This document shows positions 25,737 to 34,700 of a DNA stretch of 61,862 bases, one piece after another (position 1 is the first letter of the stretch; each line of letters starts with the position of its first letter). The translations under genes were made by a program, and so were the position numbers. Source of the stretch: a virus. Its lineage: Duplodnaviria; Caudoviricetes. Under the pieces are notes generated by a model. It ran no database searches. It saw only the letters and a list, made by a program, of their open reading frames with translations, and was not told the origin of the DNA. The stretch spans positions 1 to 61,862 of IMG/VR virus record IMGVR_UViG_3300037502_000606. One strand, given 5' to 3'.

Positions 25737-26001
25737 CGTTCTTCTCCTTCAGTTTGGCTTCGATAGCAATATACAAATACAACATCATGGGCGCCCATAC
25801 TGGGCCAAGCTTTTCTTGAATCTCTTGCCATTCACGAATTCCATGCCGCTCCTCATCAGTCAGCCCAACCCATTCTTTTGATGGTGCGGGTGAATTAACC
25901 CTTGCAAACCTAACGCCAGCAAGAAAAGCAGCGTAGTTGTCGGACTGCTCCGCCGCAATTTCAACGTCACTTGATTCTGGCTCTCGCTTTATTTCTTTCA
26001 T
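25729..26001 (-). CDS. Array gene 2
   Basis: EWVGLTDEE; IEAKLKEKNGG. Confidence 0.78.
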   Translation of the reverse strand: MKEIKREPESSDVEIAAEQSDNYAAFLAGVRFARVNSPAPSKEWVGLTDEERHGIREWQEIQEKLGPVWAPMMLYLYIAIEAKLKEKNGG

Positions 26002-26687
26002 GAGTTCTTCTCCTTCAGTTTGGCTTCGATGGCTCGGGCAAACGATGTTGCAGGTCTTGATGTCGTTATAGGCAGCTCAGCCAATATTTCCTCGTCGGTC
26101 AGCCCAACCCATTCACGGGATGCGGCAACAATGGCGGCAAAGTTTTGAAGGTCCTCTACTTTGTTGATTCCGTACCCAGCACCGTTTAGTCCTTCTACCC
26201 AAGCAAGTCCTGCTTTTTTCGCCATGCGAATAAGTTCATTCTTTGTAAACACAGGCTCATGTCGATCTTTTGCCGTTTCATCGACACGTTCTTGCGATAT
26301 GTCGCTGGCGTGTACAGGTGCGGTTTTAGAACAAGCCCCAACGCATCCGTTTGTTGCTTGGCATTGTGGATATGTGCATTGAACCGCATGCACCACAGGT
26401 CTGGCGTGTACAGGTGCGGCATAAAAAGGTATTGCAGTTGATTTAAAGATTTCATTTGCTTCTTTGTGAACTTTAAATTGTCCCTTTTTGTTTGCCCACG
26501 CCACAGGTTGTGGTTCACGATGGCTTATTGGTTCGCCTTCTGAAAAGTAAACCTCACGCAATACCCACCCTTCTTGCTTCTCTGCCTGCTCTATGGCTTG
26601 GCGTAGGGCAACAGCAGCCCTCAATTGAATGCTTGGGTCATCGGAATCCAAAGCCTCCAATGCTTGCTTCATAGCCTCAATGCTCAT
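25998..26687 (-). CDS. Array gene 1, mosaic modular protein
   Basis: MSIEAMKQALEAL; QPVAW; duplicated APVHA; REWVGLTDEE; IEAKLKEKNS. Confidence 0.8.
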   Translation of the reverse strand: MSIEAMKQALEALDSDDPSIQLRAAVALRQAIEQAEKQEGWVLREVYFSEGEPISHREPQPVAWANKKGQFKVHKEANEIFKSTAIPFYAAPVHARPVVHAVQCTYPQCQATNGCVGACSKTAPVHASDISQERVDETAKDRHEPVFTKNELIRMAKKAGLAWVEGLNGAGYGINKVEDLQNFAAIVAASREWVGLTDEEILAELPITTSRPATSFARAIEAKLKEKNS

Positions 26688-26698
26688 CTCTCACCCCT

Positions 26699-26932
26699 TT
26701 AAGTTTCTAGTGCCTCGGTCTTAAGTTTGTAATCCTCGGCTTTGGGTTTACGGTTGATCAGATTAAAAGGGTCGTGCCACTTCATTTCCGGTGGTTTGTC
26801 AAAGTAGACGTACTTGTGGTCAGGCCCTCGCATACGCCGCATGTACCCGAGCTTGACCTTGCGCTCTAGCCTTTTCCGAGCACTGTTCTCCGATATCTTT
26901 TGTTTCTTAGCATACTGCGCCACGGTCATCAT
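26699..26932 (-). CDS. HTH DNA-binding protein
   Basis: MTVAQYAKKQKISENSARKRLE. Confidence 0.65.
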   Translation of the reverse strand: MMTVAQYAKKQKISENSARKRLERKVKLGYMRRMRGPDHKYVYFDKPPEMKWHDPFNLINRKPKAEDYKLKTEALET

Positions 26933-27246
26933 GTTCCACGTCCCCTGCGGCAGGGCCAGATCTGCTCGAGCTTATTCTTGATAAGGCTGTCTGCGGTGAA
27001 ATGACGACTAGACGGATTAGCCTCTAAATGTTGCTTGATGATGTCTTGCACTTGACCAGCGGTAACGTTGGCCGGTGGGCATATCGTTATGGTGGTAAAG
27101 GTATCTGACACCCCCATGATGTAGCCCAGAGCAAGCATCTGGTTCATGGCAGTCCCATTCATATCACTGAGCAATTGATTGCCTGACATGAACTCTGCGC
27201 TTGCCATCGTAGGTACCATCAGTAAGCCAGCTAAAATCTTTTTCAT
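26929..27246 (-). CDS. Rap1a/Tai-like secreted immunity protein
   Basis: Signal peptide; GNQLL...GYIMGVSD...CPP.NVT.GQ...HLEANP..RH...WPC. Confidence 0.8.
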   Translation of the reverse strand: MKKILAGLLMVPTMASAEFMSGNQLLSDMNGTAMNQMLALGYIMGVSDTFTTITICPPANVTAGQVQDIIKQHLEANPSSRHFTADSLIKNKLEQIWPCRRGRGT

Positions 27247-27255
27247 ATCATCCCC

Positions 27256-27648
27256 TTATTTAATGCGAAGCAGAGTTGTTGCAGTCTTATCTTCGGTCTG
27301 CTCGGTCATATATCCACCATCACCCCATAAATTACGCGCGAGGTTGCACACGACTGATCGCATGGTGCCGTAGTGGTATTTGTTCGGTATTGTCACCATT
27401 TGCCCAGGCTCTAGGTCTTTGATAAACGGCATGACATACCCTGTTGGCTCGCCGCGCTTAACGCCAGGATTGCGTGATTCTCCTCGTTTCCACTTGACTC
27501 CAGATTTCGTTGGCTCTAATAAGTTGTTGGGGTCATACACGATGACTTCACCATCGGCAAGGATTACTTTGAACGACGCTCCGATGTTACGCAGGAAAGT
27601 CAGTTGCGTGTCAGTTGCTTTTCTAACTATGTTCATTGTGCGCTCCAA
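27256..27648 (-). CDS. Hypothetical protein
   Basis: Operon context. Confidence 0.7.
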   Translation of the reverse strand: MERTMNIVRKATDTQLTFLRNIGASFKVILADGEVIVYDPNNLLEPTKSGVKWKRGESRNPGVKRGEPTGYVMPFIKDLEPGQMVTIPNKYHYGTMRSVVCNLARNLWGDGGYMTEQTEDKTATTLLRIK

Positions 27649-27926
27649 TCTTTGAGAAGTTTCCTGCCGCTATTAGTTATCTGAATGTAGGTGCACCTCT
27701 GATCGCTTACCTCATCAATCTCCTCAACAAATTTTCTGTCTTTGAGTTTGAGTAGGTACTTGAACACGGTGGCCTGAGATGCAAAAGCGGAGCTGGTCGT
27801 CGCGTCTGTAACCATCTGGCCCGTCATGATTGGCCGGTTGTAGAAATCCAACCGTTCAAGGATCATCATGGCCTTTAGGTCTACATCTTTTTTATTTAGG
27901 AATCTAAACGTTTCAATCGGTGTCAT
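27633..27926 (-). CDS. MarR-like winged-helix protein
   Basis: SQATVFKYLLKL...DQRCTYIQITNSGRKLL. Confidence 0.72.
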   Translation of the reverse strand: MTPIETFRFLNKKDVDLKAMMILERLDFYNRPIMTGQMVTDATTSSAFASQATVFKYLLKLKDRKFVEEIDEVSDQRCTYIQITNSGRKLLKDWSAQ

Positions 27927-27936
27927 CTATCTCTCC

Positions 27937-28473
27937 TTATTTCTGTACAAACCAGGACTGAAACAAACTCGCCCAGTCTTCCCCTTTGTCACACTGAGTT
28001 ACATATAGTTCACGGTTTACGTTCTTCACAAACGTGTTGACCGCAGTGGTTGTCTCTGGCCATTGAACGTCGTAGTCATCCCCACCAAAGAGCCCGCCAG
28101 GCTTTACCTTCGGCCACCAGTCATAGAAGGTCTTGCCCCGCTCCTGACCGGTATGGGCGTAGCCATCGACGTAGATGAAATCAAAGTATTCATCCGGGAA
28201 TAACTTGACCGCCACGGAGAAGTCGCACCGCAGCAGGGTGAACCGATGCTTGAATCGCTCCAGTCTATTAAGAGCCTTCAGGTACTCATCATCCGTATGC
28301 CCGCGCTCCCCGGTGTAGCGATCCACCCCGTAGTGATAGGAGGCCCGCCCCTTAACGAGTATGGCTTCCGAAAACCCGCCTTCAGCTACGCCTAACTCAA
28401 TAGAAATGCCATGAAAAGGAATGAGATTAGGGAGGTCATACCGACTCTTGATTGCTGCAATTTTGTCTTTCAT
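27937..28473 (-). CDS. Class I SAM methyltransferase (Methyltransf_24-like)
   Basis: IELGVAEG; DFIYVDGYAH; WWPKVKPGGLFGGDDY. Confidence 0.88.
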   Translation of the reverse strand: MKDKIAAIKSRYDLPNLIPFHGISIELGVAEGGFSEAILVKGRASYHYGVDRYTGERGHTDDEYLKALNRLERFKHRFTLLRCDFSVAVKLFPDEYFDFIYVDGYAHTGQERGKTFYDWWPKVKPGGLFGGDDYDVQWPETTTAVNTFVKNVNRELYVTQCDKGEDWASLFQSWFVQK

Positions 28474-28751
28474 TTCTTTTCCTTTATTAGCATCTCAATC
28501 TGTTCAGATAAGTAGACCCCAATGTCTCTGCCTTTGACTGCCACCAGCTGCGCCTCGGGGCACTCATAAACAACCTGGGCTGCGTCTTTGATTCCCTTCT
28601 CATAGCCAGCATCGAATACTTCTTTGTTATCCAGGATGATTGATAGCCCGTCACGAACGATTGTTGCTGCGCCGCGAGACTTGGCTGCGTCCTTCAGTTT
28701 TTTGTAGTGCTCCTCGGGTATGAAGACCGAGTACGAAACTAACTTTCCCAT
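28470..28751 (-). CDS. Ribbon-helix-helix-like protein
   Basis: YSVFIPEEHYKKLK...ATIVRDGL. Confidence 0.6.
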   Translation of the reverse strand: MGKLVSYSVFIPEEHYKKLKDAAKSRGAATIVRDGLSIILDNKEVFDAGYEKGIKDAAQVVYECPEAQLVAVKGRDIGVYLSEQIEMLIKEKK

Positions 28752-29155
28752 GCTTGAAAGTCCTTGTAGATGATGTCGAGCTTTATCCTCGCCGCGTCAT
28801 TAGTCTTGAGATCCGACCGGGACTGAACCTCCAGGTGCATACGCAAGAACTCGGTAGCCTCTTCTTCTGTGGCTTCCATAATCTCGTTCTTCTCTTCCAG
28901 GTATTCCCAGAACTTAGGATTCCGGCATAGCATCCCGGCAATACGGACAGCCTTGTCACCTTCAAACTCTTGCTGCCGATCCATAGGTTCTTCGACTAGG
29001 TTCAGGCGAACCATGACTACCTGATACCTAGCCCCTATGTAATCCCGCAGCAGGTTCTCTGGAACATCGTCAGGGTGGACGCCAAGAGTCAGGACATAAC
29101 CATTCTTGTCCTGCTTCAAGGCGATCTTTACTCCCTCAAATTTAAGTACGTCCAT
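28739..29155 (-). CDS. Hypothetical protein
   Basis: AGMLCRNPKFWEYL...SRSDL; recombination module. Confidence 0.7.
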   Translation of the reverse strand: MDVLKFEGVKIALKQDKNGYVLTLGVHPDDVPENLLRDYIGARYQVVMVRLNLVEEPMDRQQEFEGDKAVRIAGMLCRNPKFWEYLEEKNEIMEATEEEATEFLRMHLEVQSRSDLKTNDAARIKLDIIYKDFQAWES

Positions 29156-29157
29156 GG

Positions 29158-29460
29158 CTAGAAGGGAAAGTCATCTTCTACTGGTTCTTGTGGTTCCGGC
29201 TTTGGCTCAGGCTTAGGCTCGGGCTTTTCTTTGGCTGGCCTGGGGGCCTGGATTTTGAGACCAAGGTATTCTTTGCCGGTAGCACTAATGTTTTCCCACG
29301 CGGTTATTTCTACGACGACAAGCTCGTCTGTCTGTTCAAGCATCTTGGCAAGGAACTCACGATCCAGATAAAGACTTCCCTTCCTATCTGGGTGGCTGTC
29401 TTTCTCTTTGTATTCGTTGATAAACAGTTTGCCAGTATTGGGTTTGTTCTGATAAGTCAT
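29158..29460 (-). CDS. Putative single-stranded DNA-binding protein
   Basis: G.LF.N..K....PD.KG; PEPK linker; acidic DDFPF tail. Confidence 0.7.
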   Translation of the reverse strand: MTYQNKPNTGKLFINEYKEKDSHPDRKGSLYLDREFLAKMLEQTDELVVVEITAWENISATGKEYLGLKIQAPRPAKEKPEPKPEPKPEPQEPVEDDFPF

Positions 29461-30173
29461 GCTGCCTCCTGGAACTTGTTCTTAGCGTTGGTAAAGACTG
29501 CCATTAGATCTTTGTGGAACACCGCGTCAACGTTCTTCACAGCCTCAAAGAGCGTCTTGTTATTGCGGTAGATAGACATGACGTCGTCTTGCGAACCAGC
29601 CGCTTCTAAGGCGATATGAGAGGCTCTCTTAACCAACTCCAGCCACTCAGTAGGATCTCCCTCTGGCTCAGCCGGGGCAACGATCTGCCAGGCCCCTTCT
29701 CTGCCTACGATCTTCTTTGGCGCCTCTTTGACTTCTGCCTTTGGCTCGACCTTTGGTTCAGGCTTAGGCGTGGGCTTAGGAGTAGGTTTAACTTCCTCTC
29801 CCGTCGTGGCATCCAGGGCATCGTGCTCGACGATCTCAAAGGCGTTCGTCCACAGATACCGACGGAGATAAGTCTGTACGGCTCCAAGGTTCTGGACGGC
29901 ATGACAGCCCTTCAGTTCAGCCGATGACATGGGAGAACTAAAGACTATGCACTCGCTATTGGTCGTGTCATAGATGTTCAGGAAGGCGTTGTTCGCGGTG
30001 TAGGAGACAACCCCGCAGAGACCCACTTCGTTACAGATCTCTTGGATAGCTGGAAGGAAGTCTCCCAGTTCAAAGTATTCGTACCCTGCAAACTTGTTCT
30101 TCCCTGACTTGGTAAGTTTGCGACCCTGTAACTTGACTCGGGCTTGTTGTAGTTTTGCGTAGACAGTCATCAA
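29457..30173 (-). CDS. erf: ERF-family ssDNA annealing protein
   Basis: KSGKNKFAGYEYFELGDF...QNLGAVQTYLRRYL. Confidence 0.85.
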   Translation of the reverse strand: MMTVYAKLQQARVKLQGRKLTKSGKNKFAGYEYFELGDFLPAIQEICNEVGLCGVVSYTANNAFLNIYDTTNSECIVFSSPMSSAELKGCHAVQNLGAVQTYLRRYLWTNAFEIVEHDALDATTGEEVKPTPKPTPKPEPKVEPKAEVKEAPKKIVGREGAWQIVAPAEPEGDPTEWLELVKRASHIALEAAGSQDDVMSIYRNNKTLFEAVKNVDAVFHKDLMAVFTNAKNKFQEAA

Positions 30174-30322
30174 GAAATCCTTTTGTAGTATTCATCAACC
30201 AACGCCGTAGCGCAGTTCGCTAGGTCTTTTGTGAACTCTGGATCGCCTAGCCAATCCATGACCTCCGCGTTAGACGCTAAGGCCAACATGAACTTAAGCA
30301 GCAGTTCCTGTCTTGTTTCCAT
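30170..30322 (-). CDS. Small hypothetical protein
   Basis: METRQELLLKFMLALASN after AGGAG RBS; start revised from 30583. Confidence 0.65.
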   Translation of the reverse strand: METRQELLLKFMLALASNAEVMDWLGDPEFTKDLANCATALVDEYYKRIS

Positions 30323-31193
30323 TGATACTCTCCTGATAGTCCCGCCATTGTTGGCAGTACATGTTGACTGGGCAGAATGATTCACAACGGGTCCGACTGC
30401 CCGGACGGACCTCCAACTCTTGCGTCTTGGGATCGAGCGCAGCCTCCGCTTCCTCCTTGACTTCATATACCTTGATAGCCCGGACGCCACCCTTCTTCTT
30501 GATAGCGTAGGTTGTAGGCCGCTCCCACATCTCATCAGGGGTGCATGGGGGTAGATCCTCATCTGTCTCCATGGCAAACTCACAGGCCGAGTGCAAGGCC
30601 AACCGCTTGGCTATGTACTCCTCTCGATCCTGATAGGGCCATAGCTTGATAGGGATCTCTTTGATGGGGGCTTGAGGATAGTCTGGGTTCTTTGCTGCCT
30701 CCCGCCGCGACCAGTCCCGGATGATGGCTACGATGCCCAGGTTACTCACATGATGGTCATGCTTAACCGTCTCAACCAGCCAGGCGTAGATGTTCAACTG
30801 GTTTTCCCAGTCTATCTTCTCGTTCATCACCGCCCATGCCGAAGTGGTCTTGTAGTCCCGTATGGCAATCCCACCCTGGTCATCCAGGATCTGTAGGTCT
30901 ACGGCACCAGAGATCCGCCAGCCCTCCAGGGTAGCGTGTAGCCGCTCCTCAACGATATGGTTGTCTGCCTTGCCATGCTCCAGTACGCCATGAACGGCTG
31001 TACCAAAGATACTCCATACCATGTCAGCTACGTCCTGTTCCAACTCGTCTTCAAATTTCTTGGTCAGAGCCACAATCTTCGGGCTGTTGAGTAGCTGCGT
31101 AGCCGAGAGGTGGGCCTTACCTTTTGAATAAGTCGGGCGCTTCAAGACATTGATGAACGTCTCTGGTATGTTGTGCTTGTTCGTTAGCTTCAT
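30294..31193 (-). CDS. PD-(D/E)XK exonuclease (Cas4/RecB-like)
   Basis: GTAVH, ISGAVD, DYKTT, QLNIY, C-terminal Cys cluster; start revised to MKLTNKH. Confidence 0.87.
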   Translation of the reverse strand: MKLTNKHNIPETFINVLKRPTYSKGKAHLSATQLLNSPKIVALTKKFEDELEQDVADMVWSIFGTAVHGVLEHGKADNHIVEERLHATLEGWRISGAVDLQILDDQGGIAIRDYKTTSAWAVMNEKIDWENQLNIYAWLVETVKHDHHVSNLGIVAIIRDWSRREAAKNPDYPQAPIKEIPIKLWPYQDREEYIAKRLALHSACEFAMETDEDLPPCTPDEMWERPTTYAIKKKGGVRAIKVYEVKEEAEAALDPKTQELEVRPGSRTRCESFCPVNMYCQQWRDYQESINGNKTGTAA

Positions 31194-31281
31194 GTGCTCT
31201 CCTGTTATATCGTTCCTATGCAATATACTAGCTTCTGATCGTGCATATAGCAACTAAGTTCCAAAAATATTTCTGTCCGTC

Positions 31282-31308
31282 TGTACTGTAACATTATGTT
31301 ACAGTACA
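31282..31308. promoter_or_regulatory. Perfect palindrome between divergent genes
   Basis: TGTACTGTAACA-TTA-TGTTACAGTACA. Confidence 0.75.
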
Positions 31309-31333
31309 ACATATTGATTTATAAGGAAAAATT

Positions 31334-31783
31334 ATGCTCTACCTTGGAATTGACCCTGGATTCACCGGTGCATGGGGCCTTGTAAATCATCGAGGAGACT
31401 TCGTTGCCTGCGGGGATATGAAGCATAACGACCGCTGGATAGACACCAATCAAGTGTCCCGAGACATCATGCAGGCCAGGCAATTAGACGATGTGATGGT
31501 GGTGGTGGAGGCCGTACACGCTATGCCCAAGCAGGGCGTATCAAGCTCCTTCAAGTTTGGGATGGCCTATGGCGCTGCCATTGCAATCGCAACGCGGTTC
31601 TCTCAGTTTGAACTTGTTCCGCCCAGGGTCTGGAAGAAGGATATGGGACTGACGGCAGACAAGAAGGACAGCCTGGTCATGGCCCGAGAGCTATGGCCAG
31701 ACTCCCCTCTTGAAAGAGTGAAGGATAACGGCAGGGCAGAAGCCCTTCTCCTAGCTGAGTGGCTACGGAGAGCTTATCTCTGA
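31334..31783 (+). CDS. RuvC-like Holliday junction resolvase
   Basis: LGIDPGFTGA, VVEAV, SSFKFG, P.VWKK, GRAEALLLA. Confidence 0.88.
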   Translation: MLYLGIDPGFTGAWGLVNHRGDFVACGDMKHNDRWIDTNQVSRDIMQARQLDDVMVVVEAVHAMPKQGVSSSFKFGMAYGAAIAIATRFSQFELVPPRVWKKDMGLTADKKDSLVMARELWPDSPLERVKDNGRAEALLLAEWLRRAYL

Positions 31784-34700
31784 GCTGCCGCTACCCTGTC
31801 GTTGAACCGCTTCATCTGGACAGCGATCTGATTCTCTACCGCCTTGACCTGCTCCTTCGGGGCATCCTTCTCTAACAGAGCATCCCGGCGCTTACGGAGG
31901 GCCTGGAGGTTACGCTCGACCTGATTGGCGTAAGAGAAGAGCCTGGCGTCTGGATTGTCCATCAGGTACTCCTGGACGTTCTCCCGGTTCTCGCGTCTAC
32001 CTTTGATCTCCCGCTCATGTTTATTGAGCTGCATGATGTTGTTGTAGAAGCGGTTACGCTCGGCAGCAAGACCCTGGGTGTCGCCAACAAAGCGTCCAAT
32101 CAGGGGCACCTTATAGATCGGCAGATCTTCGCCTGTAACTTGGCTACGAAGAGTCTGTTCAACCTTCATAACCTCACGGCCAACACCACCAGTAAACTGA
32201 CCTATCAGGTAGTCAATCTGATCTGGGGTGGGACTCACTACTCCAGGGGTGTACTTTGTTCCACCAGAGGCATAGTTCAGGAACTCAGACAGGCCCTTGC
32301 CAACAATGCTGGCCGTCTCTCTAGCCCGTGTATACCCAGGGGTAGGATCAAGCCCAGAGATGTCTTCCTTGGCAATCGGCTTACCAGTCCAATCTACGTT
32401 CTCCGTAAGAGCAATAACAGGATCTAGGGCGGTAGGGGTTATCGTTTGAGCCGACCACCCGGCATTGCCAAGCGGGTTGAACATATCCAACGTTGCCGAG
32501 AGGATGCTGCTAATCCGCTTGGGCGTATCTTTGAACCCAGAAATCGCCCACTCTGTAGCAATTCGGCTTGTGTTAGGGATAACGTTGTATCCCAAAGGCA
32601 TTGGAATGGTAATGTACTTTGATCCGCCAATCGGCAGAACAATGTTCCGCTCTTTCACAAACTCCGGTGGCTCATCTTCATCAAAACCTGCCGCTGCAAG
32701 CGCCATGGCTTGAAGTATTCCAAGGATAATACCGCCCCCAATAATTTTTATTCCAGCCGGGCCTTTGAGCGTGTCATACATCCTGACTGTACCCTGGACG
32801 GAGGCATTGAAGAACGCATACAGAGCACCCATCTGCCGGCCAATCTGTCCCTTGCGGTTAAAGTTCACCGTAAGGTTCTTGGCCACTGACGCTGCCTGCT
32901 GCTTGGTCATGCCTTGGTCGAGCGCTACCTTATACGCAGAGAGACGAACCGCGTTCTCCATCGTCTGGTTATAGTCAGACAACCAGTCAAAGAGTGGGGT
33001 GGCTGCTTTACGAGCTATCTCTGCGGGAACTTTGAGTGTTCCGCCAGCCGTAAAGATTTTCCCAAGTTTGCTTTTCGTCCAAGATGATGGGTCGAGGATG
33101 CGTTGCAATGCCTCTGCCCGCTCTTGACTACGGCTAAACATATCTCTAAAGCCGGTCTGCGCCCCTTCTTTCTGGAACTCTTCCCAGAGCTGCGCCCAGG
33201 GACGATTCGTAGAAGGCTGACCCTTACGCTTAGCTCTTTCTTCTCCGTAGATTCCGCGAAGAGCGGGCATAACACCAGCAAGAACTTGCTTTTGCTTCCC
33301 GGCAATTGGCGTAGTGCTGAGCTGTAGCATTGCACCTTGAACGTCGCGCAAGAAGTTGATGCCGCCGAAAATTGGGTTGTACTGCGTGTTGATCTTGGCG
33401 AAATATTGAGTAAACGCCTGAGAAATACTCAGAGCTTTACTGAGCTGATCAACGTCCAGATTCTTCAACGACTCCACCATCCTCACTGCCCGAGGATCTT
33501 TGGAGTTAAAAATTAGAAACTTCTCTTCTCCGTTGATGCGGATAGGCAAAGACAGTGCGCTTGTGATCAACCGCTCGTTTGGAACCTCTTTGACTGTATT
33601 TGTTGCCGGATCAACATCCCTGCGGGTCGGCGTGTTGGCAATGTTTTGCGCGTCAGACGGGTTGATCCCCATCGAGATAAGATCATTGATTAGCTGCTGC
33701 GGATCTTTCTTGATGTAAGGATCGTATGGCAACCAGAACCCAGGATTGGGATTAGTCACCGCCAGAGCATAGACAGCCTTGGCCACACGGAGCTTCTCTG
33801 CCCGGATGATGGCCCGCTCCCGCTGCATAGCAACGTTAGCCAAGATGTCTACAACCTTACGTCCAGATCCTACAGATGCCCTGCTGAACGGTCCTTTGAT
33901 AGCAAAACCAGACCCAACGCCGACACCAACGTTCTTGACATCGTAGTCAGCTTCTTCCCGGTTTAGCGGAACATAGTGCTTGTAAGCCTTGTTCCAATTG
34001 TCAATTACCTCTTGCTTCTCTTGGCCGCTGGAGACAATAAGATCTTGCGTCCCCTTGACGATGTCATCAACCATCTTGGCAACGTCATCAAAGGCTTTCT
34101 TCTGCTGCGGGGTAAGAGCTGCTAGATACTTCTTAGCGTCTGCCGTGAGGATTCCTGATCCCCCGTCAGGCATGGTCGGATCACGTTTAGCGTTTTGGAT
34201 ATTGCGCTCTTCAGCATGGCGATTCTGTAGGTACTCTTCTACCTGATCCATGGTTAGCTTGCGATCACGCAGCGCCTTCATCAATGGCTCAAGCTCATCC
34301 TTCAAGAAGTCTTCTGTCTGTTTGGCCGTCCTGCCGTGATACAACTCCTCTTGGAGATACGGGTTCCAGGAATCAATCAGGCTCTTACGTTGCGCCGTAA
34401 TCTTTTGAACAACCCGCTTTGTATCAATGTTCTTGTCTTGGAGAACGTAGAGAATGTCATCGATCTTCGACTCATCAGGAGATCCCCAGGTCGCCTTGGG
34501 CATGGGCTGGCCAAAGATATTCTTGCTGACATTTTGGGGAACCATCGCCCGAACACCCGTCTCTGTAACAAAGTCTACGAGAGACTTGTTATCCATGCGC
34601 TCTGGCTGATCTTTCATCAGGCGATCAAAGACTTTGTGTACGCCAAGACGATTGTCGAATCCAAAGACCTTCTTCATGGACTCTATGAGCTTACGCACCG

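Larger units (their letters stand above)
24966..26114 (-). repeat. Dispersed junction repeats
   Basis: GGAGAA(G/A)AA(C/T)-ACATGA-type junction six times; AATGGGTTGGGCTGAC(C/T)GA(C/T)GAGGA three times plus one diverged copy. Confidence 0.9.

Noticed and set aside
24966-26114. Junction repeats as a CRISPR array or integron attC sites
   Set aside because: They are coding, irregularly spaced and non-palindromic; no cas operon or integron integrase is present
30294-31193. Cas4-like nuclease as evidence of a CRISPR system
   Set aside because: It lies with ERF and SSB-like genes, a standard phage recombination module
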